Below, in pieces: positions 15,870 to 28,489 of a stretch of DNA of 64,000 nt. The stretch lies in assembly GCA_951406725.2 (NCBI GenBank), contig OX597818.1, forward strand, positions 80,848,001 to 80,912,000, given 5' to 3'. The DNA is from Octopus vulgaris (taxonomy: Eukaryota). How positions within the stretch are numbered: the first letter of the stretch is position 1; every line of letters starts with the position of its first letter. The notes below the pieces were generated by a model. The model saw only the letters and a program-made list of their open reading frames with translations, did not search any database and had not been told where the DNA came from. Position numbers and translations under genes: made by a program.

Positions 15870-16292
15870 GGAGTGCCAAGAGTACCATCTGAGCGCAGCT
15901 AACTGGTTTCCATGCTGGTGGCATATAAAAAGCACCATTTGAGCGTGATCATTGCCAGCATCGCCTTACTGGCACTTGTGCCGGTGGCACATGAAAAAAC
16001 ATTTGAGCGAGGTCGTTGCCAGTGCGACTGGACTGGCTTCTGTGCAGGTGGCACGTAGATAACACCATTTGAGTGTGGCCGTTGCCAGTACCGCCTGACT
16101 GGCCCTCATGTCAGTGGCACGTAAAAGCACCCACTACACTCTCGGAGTGGTTGGCGTTAGGAAGGGCATCCAGCTGCAGAAACTCTGCCAGATATGATTG
16201 GAGCCTGGTGCAGCCATCTGGTTCGCCGGTCCTCAGTCAAATCGTCCAACTCATGCTAGCATGGAAAGCGGACAGTAAACGATGAGGATGAT
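15870..16292 (+). mobile_element. SINE/LINE-tail repeat family C ending in (GAT)n
   Basis: Internal GCCAGT/ACTGGC subrepeats and tail CCATGCTAGCATGGAAA...AAACGATGATG. Other copies at ~16955-17425(+), 12825-13095(-), 31140-31388(-), 32342-32485(-). Confidence 0.8.
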
Positions 16293-16376
16293 GTACACTA
16301 CAGAAGTGCACAGTAACCCATCAGATTAATGTAAAATTGTTTTTATTGTAGCTGAACATAAAAACAAACGTGTGTG

Positions 16377-16412
<36 letters not shown>

Positions 16413-16740
16413 TATATAAAGAGGGAGAGAGAAGGAGAGAATGTGAAGGGTTAGTTCACTGATGATTTAAAGCAATAGGTATACTGCATAAGTCTTATAA
16501 TTTGTCATCTGTTAGGTTCCAAGCTCAAAGATAAGGTTCATACTAGAGATCTATAGTAGGCTTCTGAGTCAGCAGGTATATATTAAAGGAAAACAAAACC
16601 AAGGCAGGACGAGTATCTCAGGTCATTTAGAATATTTAATTAGAGTAAGGTGAATCAAAAAAGGAGAAGTAGAAGTAATGTATGTATGTATGTAATGAAG
16701 AAGTACATGGTATAGTTATCCACTTTATACAACTAATTAA

Positions 16741-16826
16741 CTCTGATGAGAGAAGTATAGATAATCGCTATGGTTGGAGTTAGCTCGCCCACACCAACCT
16801 ATATCTTCCTGAAATGGCTGTCAGAC
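16741..16826 (+). ncRNA. Degenerate type I hammerhead with long stem II inside a ~480-bp repeat (~16444-16920)
   Basis: CTGATGA-GAGAAG...GGTTGG...CCAACC...CTTCCT-GAAA-TGGCTGTC-AG. Stems I and III are eroded. An inverted partial copy of the host repeat lies at ~22200-22403. Confidence 0.45.
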
Positions 16827-17430
16827 TTTGTACTTATTCAGGATTCCTCTTAAATCATTTTATACTAACTTTCTCATCTACCCTCCTTATTGCTTCTAAT
16901 ACAGACATTCAACCATGCAAGTACATGTATGTATTTATATTTATCATCATCATCAAGAGCACCATCTGAGCATGATCATTGCCTGGAGCACTAAGAGCAC
17001 CATCCGAGCATGGTTGTTGCCAGAGAAGCTAACTGGCTTCCATACAGATGGTATGTAAAATGCACCATTCAAGTTTGATCATTACCAGCATCGCCTTACT
17101 GGCACTTGTGCCAGTGGCACATGAAAAAATATTCGAGCGAGGTCGTTGCCAGTGCCACTGGACTGGCTCCTGTGCAGGTGGCATGTAAAACACCATTTGA
17201 GCGTGGCCATTGCCAGCACCACCTGACTGGCCCTCGTGCTGGTGGCATGTAAAAGCATCCACTACACTCTTGGAGTGGTTGGCGTTAGTAAGGGCATCCA
17301 GCTGTAGAAACTCTGCCAGATCAGATTGGAGCCTGGTGCAGCCATCTGGTTTGCCGGTCCTCAGTCAAATCGTCCAACCCATGCTAGCATGAAAGCGGAT
17401 GTTAAACGATGATGATGATGATGATGCTGA

Positions 17431-17469
<39 letters not shown>

Positions 17470-18597
17470 TAGATAGATAGATAGAATGATAGAGAGAAAG
17501 ACGGACAGATAGATAGATAAAGATAGTTATAACCAGTTTATAGGGCTACTCAGGGTTTTGTGTCAAGGAAGTCTTAGTGTTACAATTTCACATGAGACCC
17601 TACTTCAATGTGATAGGCCACTGGCCATTGACAAAATGCTGTGAAGCTAAACAGTTTATAGATGCAAAACCCTGGGCAACCCTATCAACTGGCCATAACT
17701 ATCTTTATCTAAATGCTTTACTGCTCTATAACTTAGTATGCTTCTCTTTCAGATTTATAATTAACATGGTGGGAAAAAGCTTAGCAGCATTTTGTCCATC
17801 TTTATGTCCTAAGTTCAAATTCTGTCATGGCCAACTTTGCCTTTCATCCTTTTGGGGTCAGTAAGATATACCAGTTGAGCACCCTTCGCCAAAATTGTTG
17901 GCTTTGTGCCAAAATTCAAAGCCAAGTTACATGTATGCACATATATATCATTGAAAACAGCTTAGAGATCTATACAAATCAAATATTTATATATAAAAGA
18001 TGGAGGTGGAAATAACATAGAAGTAATTTTAAGACATCTTAATTTAAGAGGGAATTTAATAAAAATAAAAATGATTTAAAAAATATTACCGGTTTCAATG
18101 TACCTCATCGTATCAAATATGTATCTTGTCTTATCAAGATGTATCTCATCTTAGCAAGCATATAAACACATGTTCTTGAGCCCAGACAGAAGTTAAACTG
18201 TTTTTAATTCAAACTTCTTTAAATTTTTACTGATATTTGATAATATTTTCTTTATATCATTTTAAAATCATTTGTATTAAATTCCCTCTTAGATAGAAAT
18301 ATCTTAGACTTGACTTACCTCTGTGCTGTTTCCACTTCAATCTTTTATATATATATATATATATATATAATTAATCAATATAGGGTGGCAAGGAAAATTT
18401 TGTAGAATTTTATTGCCACCAGCGGCCCAGTGGGAAAAAATTAAATAGTCATAGACCATTTTTAAGTTCAACATTAACAATTAAGGAACGGCCATAATAG
18501 GCCATTCACCCACTAGAAATAACAGCCAAAGCTTCTACCGCAAATAAAGATCAATTCCGTAAACAGGAGAAAATTAAAAAAAAACATTTACCCTGTA

Positions 18598-18704
18598 ATT
18601 TCTTGTACGGTATACCGTTTCATCTGCTGTTTAATGGTAAACTAACCTGATTAAATTAAATCAAGCCAATCTTCCATAAGCCCTCAGATTCTTCAGCAAG
18701 AAAT
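18598..18704 (-). ncRNA. Type I hammerhead ribozyme, copy 1
   Basis: Minus strand: stem I ATTTCTTG/CAAGAAAT, core CTGAAGA, 68-nt stem II ATCTG...CAGAT, GAAA, stem III ACGGT-AT-ACCGT, cleavage triplet GTA (cut between 18606 and 18605). Confidence 0.9.
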
Positions 18705-19089
18705 AGCTCAAGTCGGAACAGATATTTACACGAGGCGTACCCAACCCTGCCAAGGCAATATCTGACCTAAAATTTTCAAATCGTCGCACTCGCGCCAAAT
18801 TTATCGGCAGCAAATAAATATCAGCCGTCGATTCCATTACGGAATTAACCAAAAAATTCATAATTAATCAATATAGGGTGGCAAGGAAAATTTTGTAGAA
18901 TTTTATTGCCACCAGCGGCCCAGTGGGAAAAAATTAAATAGTCATAGACCATTTTTAAGTTCAACATTAACAATTAAGGAACGGCCATAATAGGCCATTC
19001 ACCCACTAGAAATAACAGCCAAAGCTTCTACCGCAAATAAAGATCAATTCCGTAAACAGGAGAAAATTAAAAAAAACATTTACCCTGTA

Positions 19090-19196
19090 ATTTCTTGTAC
19101 GGTATACCGTTTCATCTGCTGTTTAATGGTAAACTAACCTGATTAAATTAAATCAAGCCAATCTTCCATAAGCCCTCAGATTCTTCAGCAAGAAAT
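19090..19196 (-). ncRNA. Type I hammerhead ribozyme, copy 2
   Basis: Same sequence as copy 1, offset 492 nt. Confidence 0.9.
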
Positions 19197-19581
19197 AGCT
19201 CAAGTCGGAACAGATATTTACACGAGGCGTACCCAACCCTGCCAAGGCAATATCTGACCTAAAATTTTCAAATCGTCGCACTCGCGCCAAATTTATCGGC
19301 AGCAAATAAATATCAGCCGTCGATTCCATTACGGAATTAACCAAAAAATTCATAATTAATCAATATAGGGTGGCAAGGAAAATTTTGTAGAATTTTATTG
19401 CCACCAGCGGCCCAGTGGGAAAAAAATTAAATAGTCATAGACCATTTTTAAGTTCAACATTAACAATTAAGGAACGGCCATAATAGGCCATTCACCCACT
19501 AGAAATAACAGCCAAAGCTTCTACCGCAAATAAAGATCAATTCCGTAAACAGGAGAAAATTAAAAAAACATTTACCCTGTA

Positions 19582-19688
19582 ATTTCTTGTACGGTATACC
19601 GTTTCATCTGCTGTTTAATGGTAAACTAACCTGATTAAATTAAATCAAGCCAATCTTCCATAAGCCCTCAGATTCTTCAGCAAGAAAT
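19582..19688 (-). ncRNA. Type I hammerhead ribozyme, copy 3
   Basis: Same sequence as copy 1, offset a further 492 nt. Confidence 0.9.
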
Positions 19689-20072
19689 AGCTCAAGTCGG
19701 AACAGATATTTACACGAGGCGTACCCAACCCTGCCAAGGCAATATCTGACCTAAAATTTTCAAATCGTCGCACTCGCGCCAAATTTATCGGCAGCAAATA
19801 AATATCAGCCGTCGATTCCATTACGGAATTAACCAAAAAATTCATAATTAATCAATATAGGGTGGCAAGGAAAATTTTGTAGAATTTTATTGCCACCAGC
19901 GGCCCAGTGGGAAAAAATTAAATAGTCATAGACCATTTTTAAGTTCAACATTAACAATTAAGGAACGGCCATAATAGGCCATTCACCCACTAGAAATAAC
20001 AGCCAAAGCTTCTACCGCAAATAAAGATCAATTCCGTAAACAGGAGAAAATTAAAAAAACATTTACCCTGTA

Positions 20073-20179
20073 ATTTCTTGTACGGTATACCGTTTCATCT
20101 GCTGTTTAATGGTAAACTAACCTGATTAAATTAAATCAAGCCAATCTTCCATAAGCCCTCAGATTCTTCAGCAAGAAAT
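20073..20179 (-). ncRNA. Type I hammerhead ribozyme, copy 4
   Basis: Same sequence as copy 1, offset a further 491 nt. Confidence 0.9.
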
Positions 20180-20564
20180 AGCTCAAGTCGGAACAGATAT
20201 TTACACGAGGCGTACCCAACCCTGCCAAGGCAATATCTGACCTAAAATTTTCAAATCGTCGCACTCGCGCCAAATTTATCGGCAGCAAATAAATATCAGC
20301 CGTCGATTCCATTACGGAATTAACCAAAAAATTCATAATTAATCAATATAGGGTGGCAAGGAAAATTTTGTAGAATTTTATTGCCACCAGCGGCCCAGTG
20401 GGAAAAAATTAAATAGTCATAGACCATTTTTAAGTTCAACATTAACAATTAAGGAACGGCCATAATAGGCCATTCACCCACTAGAAATAACAGCCAAAGC
20501 TTCTACCGCAAATAAAGATCAATTCCGTAAACAGGAGAAAATTAAAAAAACATTTACCCTGTAA

Positions 20565-20599
<35 letters not shown>

Positions 20600-20845
20600 A
20601 GTGTGTATTCTTTTATTCTTTTACTCTTTTACTTGTTTTAGTCGTTTGACTGCAGCCATGCTGGAGCACCACTTTTAGTGAAGTAAATCAACCCCAGGAC
20701 TTATTCTTCATAAGCCTAGTGCTTATTCTATCAGTCTCTTATGCTGAACCGCTATGTTACAGGGCCGTAAACACACCAGCGTCGGTTGTCAAGCAATGTT
20801 GTGGGGATAAATACAGACACACAAACATATACACACATATACAAG

Positions 20846-20876
<31 letters not shown>

Positions 20877-20879
<3 letters not shown>

Positions 20880-21156
20880 TATTTGAAGAAAAGAAGGGTA
20901 AAAATACCGCTATCTAAGAATTAAAGCAAAAGCTTCAAAAAACCACCAAGTCTACGATAAATACACATACAAGCAATGAAATGAATATTTTTAAAAATAG
21001 GCCTACCACCATGATGGAATTTGAAGGTAGGCCTATTTTTTAAAATATTCATTACATTGCTCTATGTGTGTATTTATCGTAGACTTGGTAGTTTTTTGAA
21101 GCTTTTGCTTTAATTTTTAGCAAGTGGTATTTTTACCCTTCTTTTCTTCAAATATA
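20877..21156. repeat. Fold-back element (~130-bp arms, ~18-nt loop) inside a SINE's microsatellite
   Basis: TTTGAAGAAAAGAAGGGTAAAAATACC...AGGCCTACC / GGTAGGCCT...GGTATTTTTACCCTTCTTTTCTTCAAA. Confidence 0.85.
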
Positions 21157-21237
21157 TCTGTTCAGGTAGAAGTCTTGCTAGCCACCTCATTATTACTGTT
21201 TAATACTTCACAGTAATAATACTTCAATATTTACTTT

Positions 21238-21281
<44 letters not shown>

Positions 21282-23890
21282 CTTTTTTCAGTTTCCGTCT
21301 ACCAAATCCACTCACAGGGCTTTGGTTGGCCCGAGGCTATAGTTGAAGACACTTGCCCGAACCCAGAACCATGTGGTTGGTAAGCAAGCTACTTACCACA
21401 CAGCCACTCCTGCTCCTATATATTTAGATGTATATTTTAAGAAGTAAAAGAGATTAAATCCAGGCAAATAGCTATAAAGCACTCAGTGTTAAACAAATTT
21501 GGTAAACTATATGCAACCATCAGATACCAATAAATGCAAGGTAATTCTTCATGTATGACAAGTTAATCCAAATATCGCTTGGAAGAATTTCAAGAAATTT
21601 GGATTATAAGACAACAAGAGTAAGAATGGAGAAAATCACATCTTTAATTGATGCTGACACCATACAATGCCAACCAGCAGCAATGTATGCTGTAATCACC
21701 AATTAAAGATGTGATTTTCTTTACTGTTATTTTTGTCTCACACATACACACACACACATACACACATGTATGTATATATATCATCATCATCATTGTCGTT
21801 TAATGTTTGTTTTTTATGCTGGTATGGGTTGGACAGTTTGACTGAGGACTGGTAAGCCAGAAGGCTGCACCAGGCTCCAATCTGAGCTGACACATATACA
21901 CACACACATATATATACACGATGGGCTTCTTTCAGTTTTCGTCTACCAGATCCACTCACAAGGCTTTGGTTGGCCCGAGGCTATAGTAGCAGACGCTTCC
22001 CCAAGATGCCACGCTGCAGGACTGAACATGGAACCATGTGGTTGGGAAGCAAGCTTCTTCCCACACAACCACTCATTTTGAATATTTTAATTAAAGTAAA
22101 GGTAAGTGAAAATAAGAAAAAATAGAATTGAATAGACACTATTTACCTCTATTTACTTCTATTTTCTCTTACTTTCCTTCACTTTTACTTTAATTAAAAT
22201 ACTTTTAAATGATCTGATAAGCTTGTTCTGCCTTGGTTTTATTTTCCTTCTCCTTTTCCCTTAATTTATACCTGCTGACTTGGAAGCCCGCAACAGATCC
22301 TTCGCTCAAGCCTCTGTTGTAAACCTGGATCCTAATGGATTACCAATTACAGCACTTACACAGTGTACCTATTGGTTTAGATCATCAGTGACCTGAACCC
22401 TTCCTATTCATATATATATATATATATATATACACATAGGTGCAGGAGTGGGTGTGTGGTAAGTTGCTTGCTTACCAACCACATGGTTCCGGGTTCAGTC
22501 CTACTGCATGGCACCTTGGGCAAGTGTCTTCTACTATAGCCTCGGGCCGACCAAAGCCTTGAGTGCATTTGGTTGGCGGAAACTGAAAGAAGCCCGTTGT
22601 ATATATGCACATATATGTGCGTGTATATGTTTATGTGTCTGTGTTTGTCCCCCTAGCATTACTTGACAACCGATGCTTCTGTCTTTATGTCCCTGTCACT
22701 TATATATCATTTGACTGCGGCTATGCTGGAGCACCGCCTTTAGTCAAGCAAATCGACCCCAGGACTTATTCTTTGTAAGCCTAGTACTTATTCTATCAGT
22801 CTCTTTTGCCGAACCACTAAGTAATGGGGATGTAAACACACCAGCATCGGTTGTCAAGCGATGTTGGGGGGACAAACACAGACACACAATACATACATAC
22901 ATATATACATATAACAGGCTTCTTTCAGTTTCCATCTACTAAATCCACTCACATGGCTTTGGTCAGCCCAAGGCTATAGCAGAAGACACTTGCCTAAGGT
23001 ACCACGCAGTGGGACTGAACCCAGAACCATGTGGTTGGTAATGAAGCTACTTACCACACAGCCACTCCTGCACCTATATATGTATGTATATATCTTTATT
23101 TTTTTATCTGCTTCAGTCATTAGACTGCAGCCATGCTGGGGCACCACCTCAAAGAATTTTAGTCAAATGAACTGACTCCAATACTTGAGAAATATAAAGA
23201 AAAATTATTCAGAAAACAAAAACTTGATGGTTCAGGAATGGTCCAGAAGTCATTAGAGAGTACCAAAGACGTGATACAAATCCTATTGCCAATGTCTTGG
23301 CTGGTTACTGGAATAAACTATTTAATCTAACCATCCATGCACTTATATTTTTGTACTGAGTTCAAATCCTACTAGTGGATTGGGTTCGACTTCACCTTTT
23401 TATTTTAAAAGTTTTTATGCTTTGTTATTTGTTTTTGTTGTTACATGTCAGTACTAGTCATATACTTGGGGAACAGACTTGATATAGTCCTCTGTCAACT
23501 ATATCATTCTCTCCACATAGATAATTCTAGTCCACAGCTAATGTGAGGAGGAAAATCAAATAAATGCAACCACAAACACCACCACCACTGCCGCTACCAC
23601 CACCACCACTACCACCGCCGCCATCACCACTATTACTACTACTACTATTTAGAAACTAATGAGCCATACAGAGTTAATCAATCTATGGAGGCAAACATAG
23701 ACCAACACTATCCCTGTTGCCACCCCTTGCTAGCACCACTACAACCCCAACCACCACCATCATCACTGTCGCTACCATTTCTAGTACCATACCATCACAA
23801 TTACTATCGTTGCTATCACACCACCATCACCATGATCACCATGATCACTAAAACTACCACTACCACCGCCTTCACCAAAACCTTACCACC

Positions 23891-23932
<42 letters not shown>

Positions 23933-25054
23933 GCTGCTGCTACTACTATAGTCATTATTTTCGATCTGCCACTACCTCCACCACCACTGTTACCATTTTC
24001 AGCACCACCCCAACGTCACCAGTACCAAGACCCTATCAATACTCACTATGACTACTACTACAGCTGTTTTACTTCCAACCCTACCCCCACCACTGCAAGG
24101 ATCACTTCCCATAAATAGATGCTGTCACATGTCCATGACCATCAAACTTTCTCCCCAAATAACCAACACCACACTCCATCCCCTTGAGCACAACACTTGA
24201 GCACAACAGCCAACAAAGGAACCCCTTATATGGTTATTCAGCCTTGAAATAACAGCCAAACTCCACTCTAATCCCAGACATTATTGTTTTAACAAAAAAG
24301 CAAAAAAAAAAGCAGGCAAGGTTGTGTAGTAAGATGCTTGCTTCCCAACCACATGGTTCTAGGTTCAGTTCTACTGCATTGCACCTTGGGCAAGTATCTT
24401 CTACTATAGCCTCAGGCCAGCCAAAACCTTGTGAGTGGATTTGGTAGATGGAAACTGAAAGAAGCTCATCATGTTTGTGTGTGTGTGTGTGTGTGCATGT
24501 TTGTCCTCCACCACTACTGGACAACCACTTGAAACCTAGCAGTTCAGCAAAAGAGATCAATAGAATAAATACCAGGCTTAAGAAGAAAAACATACAGTCG
24601 ATTCATTTGAATTCGTTTGCAGGTGATGCCCCAGTATGGCCAAAGTTTAATGACTGAGGCAAGTAAAAGCTAAAAGATAAAAGCATAGGGGAAAATACAG
24701 GATGGTCACAGCTGGAATGCCTTTCATTGTAGGTCTGCTTGTGCACAATCAGGGATTGACCAGGGGCTAAATAATATGGACAGCAGCTAGACTTCTTTCC
24801 AAACTTTCTTCCTCCTCATTGCATCTCTTACATCATTCCAGTCGGCTCTGCTCCACCCAACTACACCCTGCTCCGGTCCATTCTGCTCCAGACCACTTGA
24901 CCAAATTTGTATTTCACAGTTGAGTGGACATAACTAAATTTCCTCCTCGTTCCATCCCCATCTCTCCATCCTTTTTCTTCTTCCTTCTTTTTCTCTTTCT
25001 TTTTCAGTTTCCCCTTTATCCTTCTTCTGACTTCATAGCATTCTTTTATATTGA

Positions 25055-25082
25055 AGCCACCATCATTTCCACCACCACCACC

Positions 25083-25113
<31 letters not shown>

Positions 25114-25515
25114 CTGCCATCACCACTACTGCTACCACCACCACCACCACCACCACTGCTATTGCTACCACTACTATCACTACCACAGCCAAGCATCATT
25201 AGCACCACAACCACCACTATCACAGTCTCCACCACCACCATCACCACCATCATCATCATCACCACCACTGCTATCACTACCACCACCATCACTACCACTG
25301 CCATCACTACCATAGCCAAACACCATTAGCACCACAACCACCACCATCACAGCCTCCATCACCACCACAACCACTATCACCACTACCAATGCCACCAGCA
25401 GCAGCACCACCACCACCACAACTAGCACTACCACCATCAGCACCACCACCACCACAGCCAGTAGCACCACCACTGTAACCACCACCACCACCACCACCAC
25501 ACACGTACCACCACA
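25055..25515. repeat. (CAC/CAT)n-based compound repeat (similar tract at ~23570-24095)
   Basis: Trinucleotide low-complexity tract with an internal ~125-bp period (CATTAGCACCACAACC at ~25197 and ~25324). Confidence 0.85.
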
Positions 25516-25667
25516 TTAATAATAAAAATTCCTTTCCAAGTTAGGAACAAGGCCACCAATTTGTTCATACTCAATTAGAATCGACCAGTAGTTGATAGCT
25601 ACTTTATTTTTATTGATCCCACGAAGGATGAAAAGGAAAGCAAAACCCTCACCAGCATTTGAACTCC

Positions 25668-25703
<36 letters not shown>

Positions 25704-27264
25704 TGAGATGTATTTCAGAATGATTTCTCACAGACACAAGGGGTCTGCTCGATTAAATCAAACATCACTACTTAACTAATACTTTATTTTATCGACCCCC
25801 CCCCCCTTCCAATGAAGGGGAGGAAAAACAAAGGCAACCCCAGTGGGATTTCAACTCAGAAAAATAAAGGAATGTTTAACAAACTACTACAAGGCATTTT
25901 TTCCCCAAAGTTTGCTGTCCAACCACATAGTTCTGGGTTCAGTCCCACTGTGTGGTACCTGGAGCAAGTGTTTTCTATTATGGCCTCAGGCTGACTAAAG
26001 TCTTGCGAGTGAATTTGGCATATAGAAACTGAAAGAAGCCTGACGTATACAGGCATGGCTGTATGGTAAGAAGCTTGCTTCCCAACCACATGGTTGTGAG
26101 TTCAGTCCTGCTGCATGGCACCATGGCAAGTGTCTTCTACTACAGCCTTGGGCCAACCAAAGCCTTGTGAGTGGATTTGGTAGATGGAAACTGAAAGAAG
26201 CCTGTCACATATATATTCATATGTATATATTTATGTGTCTTTGTTTGTCTCCTGCCATCACTTGACAACCGATGTTGGTGTGTTTATGTCCCTGTAACCT
26301 AGTGGTTCAGCAAAAGTGACCAATAGAATAAGTACTAGGTTAATGAAGAAAAAGTCCTGGGGTTTATTTCTTCAAATAAAAACCCTCTTAGGTGGTGCTC
26401 CAGCATGGCCACAGTCAAATGACTGAAACAAGTAAAAAAGAAAAAGAATGTGTGTGTGTGTGTTTGTCGCCCCTATCATCATTTGACAACAAGTGTTGGT
26501 TTGTTTAGATCCCTGTAATTTAGATGTTTTGGCAAAAAAGAGGCCCAGAGGATAAGTACCAGGCTTTAAAAATAAGTCCCAGGACTTATGTTCTTAACAC
26601 TAGCTGAATGATAACCAAGTCATTTTACTAAATTCTTTGTTATATTTAAAGTAATAGAAAGAAACACAAAGCATCTCAAAATAAATACTGTAATGAAAGG
26701 GTTAAGGTGGTGCTCCAGCATGGTCATAGTAAAGTGACTGAAACAAGTAAAAGAATAAAAGAATAAACGAAAGATTCTCCTAGAAAGATGAAAGGGATAT
26801 TAAATTTTCATCCACCTGTCAATTATTTGCAAAGTGTTATGTGGAGACATCACCTCATATCCCTACACCTTCTCCATCAGCATATATAACCCACACTGAT
26901 GGGTGTTTTGCATTATTTAAGGGCTGTATTACGTTTAAGAAACATTTTTTAAAAATTTTCCTTCAAAGACAAAAGGAATGTTAAATTTTCATTGACCTGT
27001 CACTTATTGGCAATGTGAAGATGACAATAAAACCAAAGAAGTGTTGTGCCATTCTGGTAGTCAATCATGGTGATACAAAACATTACAGCCAGAAAGACAC
27101 ATTTTACATTCTGTATGGTAATTTGCTTAAACAAAATATAACAGCTATACAGTTGGGTTGAAAGAAGACTAAGTTGGAATACGTTTATAAAATGTAGTTG
27201 ATTTGATAGATTTATACTTTCATACAATGTTCAGTATATTGTCACAGCATTGTGTTTAAATCTG

Positions 27265-27493
27265 TTTCTTTATTGCCCACAAAGGGCTAAAAATAGAGGG
27301 GACAAACAAGGACAGACAAACGGATTAAGTCGATTACATCGACCCCAGTGCGTAACTGGTACTTAATTTATCGACCCCGAAAGGATGAAAGCCAAAGTCG
27401 ACCTCAGCGGAATTTGAACTCAGAACGCAACAACAGACGCAATACCGCTAAACATTTCGCCCGGTGTGCTAACGTTTCTGCCAGCTCGCCGCC
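27265..27493 (-). mobile_element. SINE family B (representative copy)
   Basis: GGCGGCGAGCTGGCAGAAACGTTAGC...GTCGACTTTG...GTGGGCAATAAAGAAA, flanked by an ATTGTGTTTA TSD-like repeat. Other copies at ~7029-7242, 8265-8445, 15686-15860, 46240-46445, 46852-47062, 47408-47810, 50890-51003, 62195-62360. Confidence 0.85.
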
Positions 27494-28489
27494 ATTGTGT
27501 TTATATCTTTTACACTTTTTCTTCTTTCAGTCATTTGACTGTGGCCATGCTGGAGCAGCACCTTTAGTCAAGCAAATCGACCCCAGGACTTATTCTTTGT
27601 AAGCCTAGTACTTATTCTATCGGTCTCTTTTGCTGAACTGCTAAGTTACAGGGACGTAAACACACCAGCTTCGGTTGTCAAGTGATGTTGGGATGAGGGG
27701 GACAAACACAGACACACAAACATATACATACACATACATGTATATATATACATACATACGACGGGCTTCTTTCAGTTTCCGTCTACCAAATCCACTCACA
27801 AGGCTTTGGTCGGCCCGAGGCTATAGTAGAAGACACTCGCCCAAGGTGCCACGCAGTGGGACTGAACCCAGAACCATGTGGTTGGTAAGCAAGCTACATA
27901 CCACACAGCTACTCCTGTACCTTGTACAGAATCATTCATTTTCCCCTCAAAAGCCTCTTCAAAATAGCTTTCAATGAGAGTATGAGGAAACATACAAAAT
28001 TTGTTTTTTCCCCTAAATACTCTTATACAATAGTTTTCAACTAGCAATAACCACACTTCGGATTTATCTCATTGGCCATGGTACCACCTCTTATACAATA
28101 AGGATGCATTGTATGAGAGAGTACGTCTTATATACCAGCAAATATGGTAATCACAATGCCTTCCCTACCTCAGTATTCAACTAGTACTTTATTTTTTCAG
28201 TCCCTAGGATAAGAAGGCAAAGTCAAACTTGGTGAGATTTGAACTCAGAATGCAAAGAGGCAGAACAAACACTACAAAGCATTTGTCTGATGCTCTAATG
28301 ATTACACCAATTCACCACTGTAATTCCACACCTAATAATACTAATAATGCTTGTCCATTGGAGTGACAAGGAGCATCTAGTCATCCTAGGATGATTGATG
28401 ACTTGTGCAGTGACTTTGTTTAAAGTGATGAATAGTTGCACATCATCAACCTAACTCTTTTATTCATGACCATCTTCAGTTCAGTTCAA

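Larger units (their letters stand above)
18367..20564 (-). mobile_element. Tandem array of ~492-bp hammerhead-ribozyme units (4 full + ~230-bp partial); retrozyme/Penelope-associated ribozyme repeat
   Basis: Units look identical apart from A-run lengths. The array is bounded by (TA)n on the left and ATATAT(GT)n on the right; each full unit has an intact type I hammerhead on the - strand. Confidence 0.88.

Noticed and set aside
18661-18861. 66-aa ORF repeated four times in the array
   Set aside because: Short, no recognisable motif, overlaps the ribozyme, and recurs only because the unit is repeated.
18367-20564. CRISPR array, rDNA or ordinary satellite interpretation
   Set aside because: No variable spacers and no rRNA similarity; the intact ribozyme and phased ends argue against a plain satellite.
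24861-25516. Val/Thr/Pro/Gly-rich ORFs
   Set aside because: Stop-free by-products of (CAC)n repeats.
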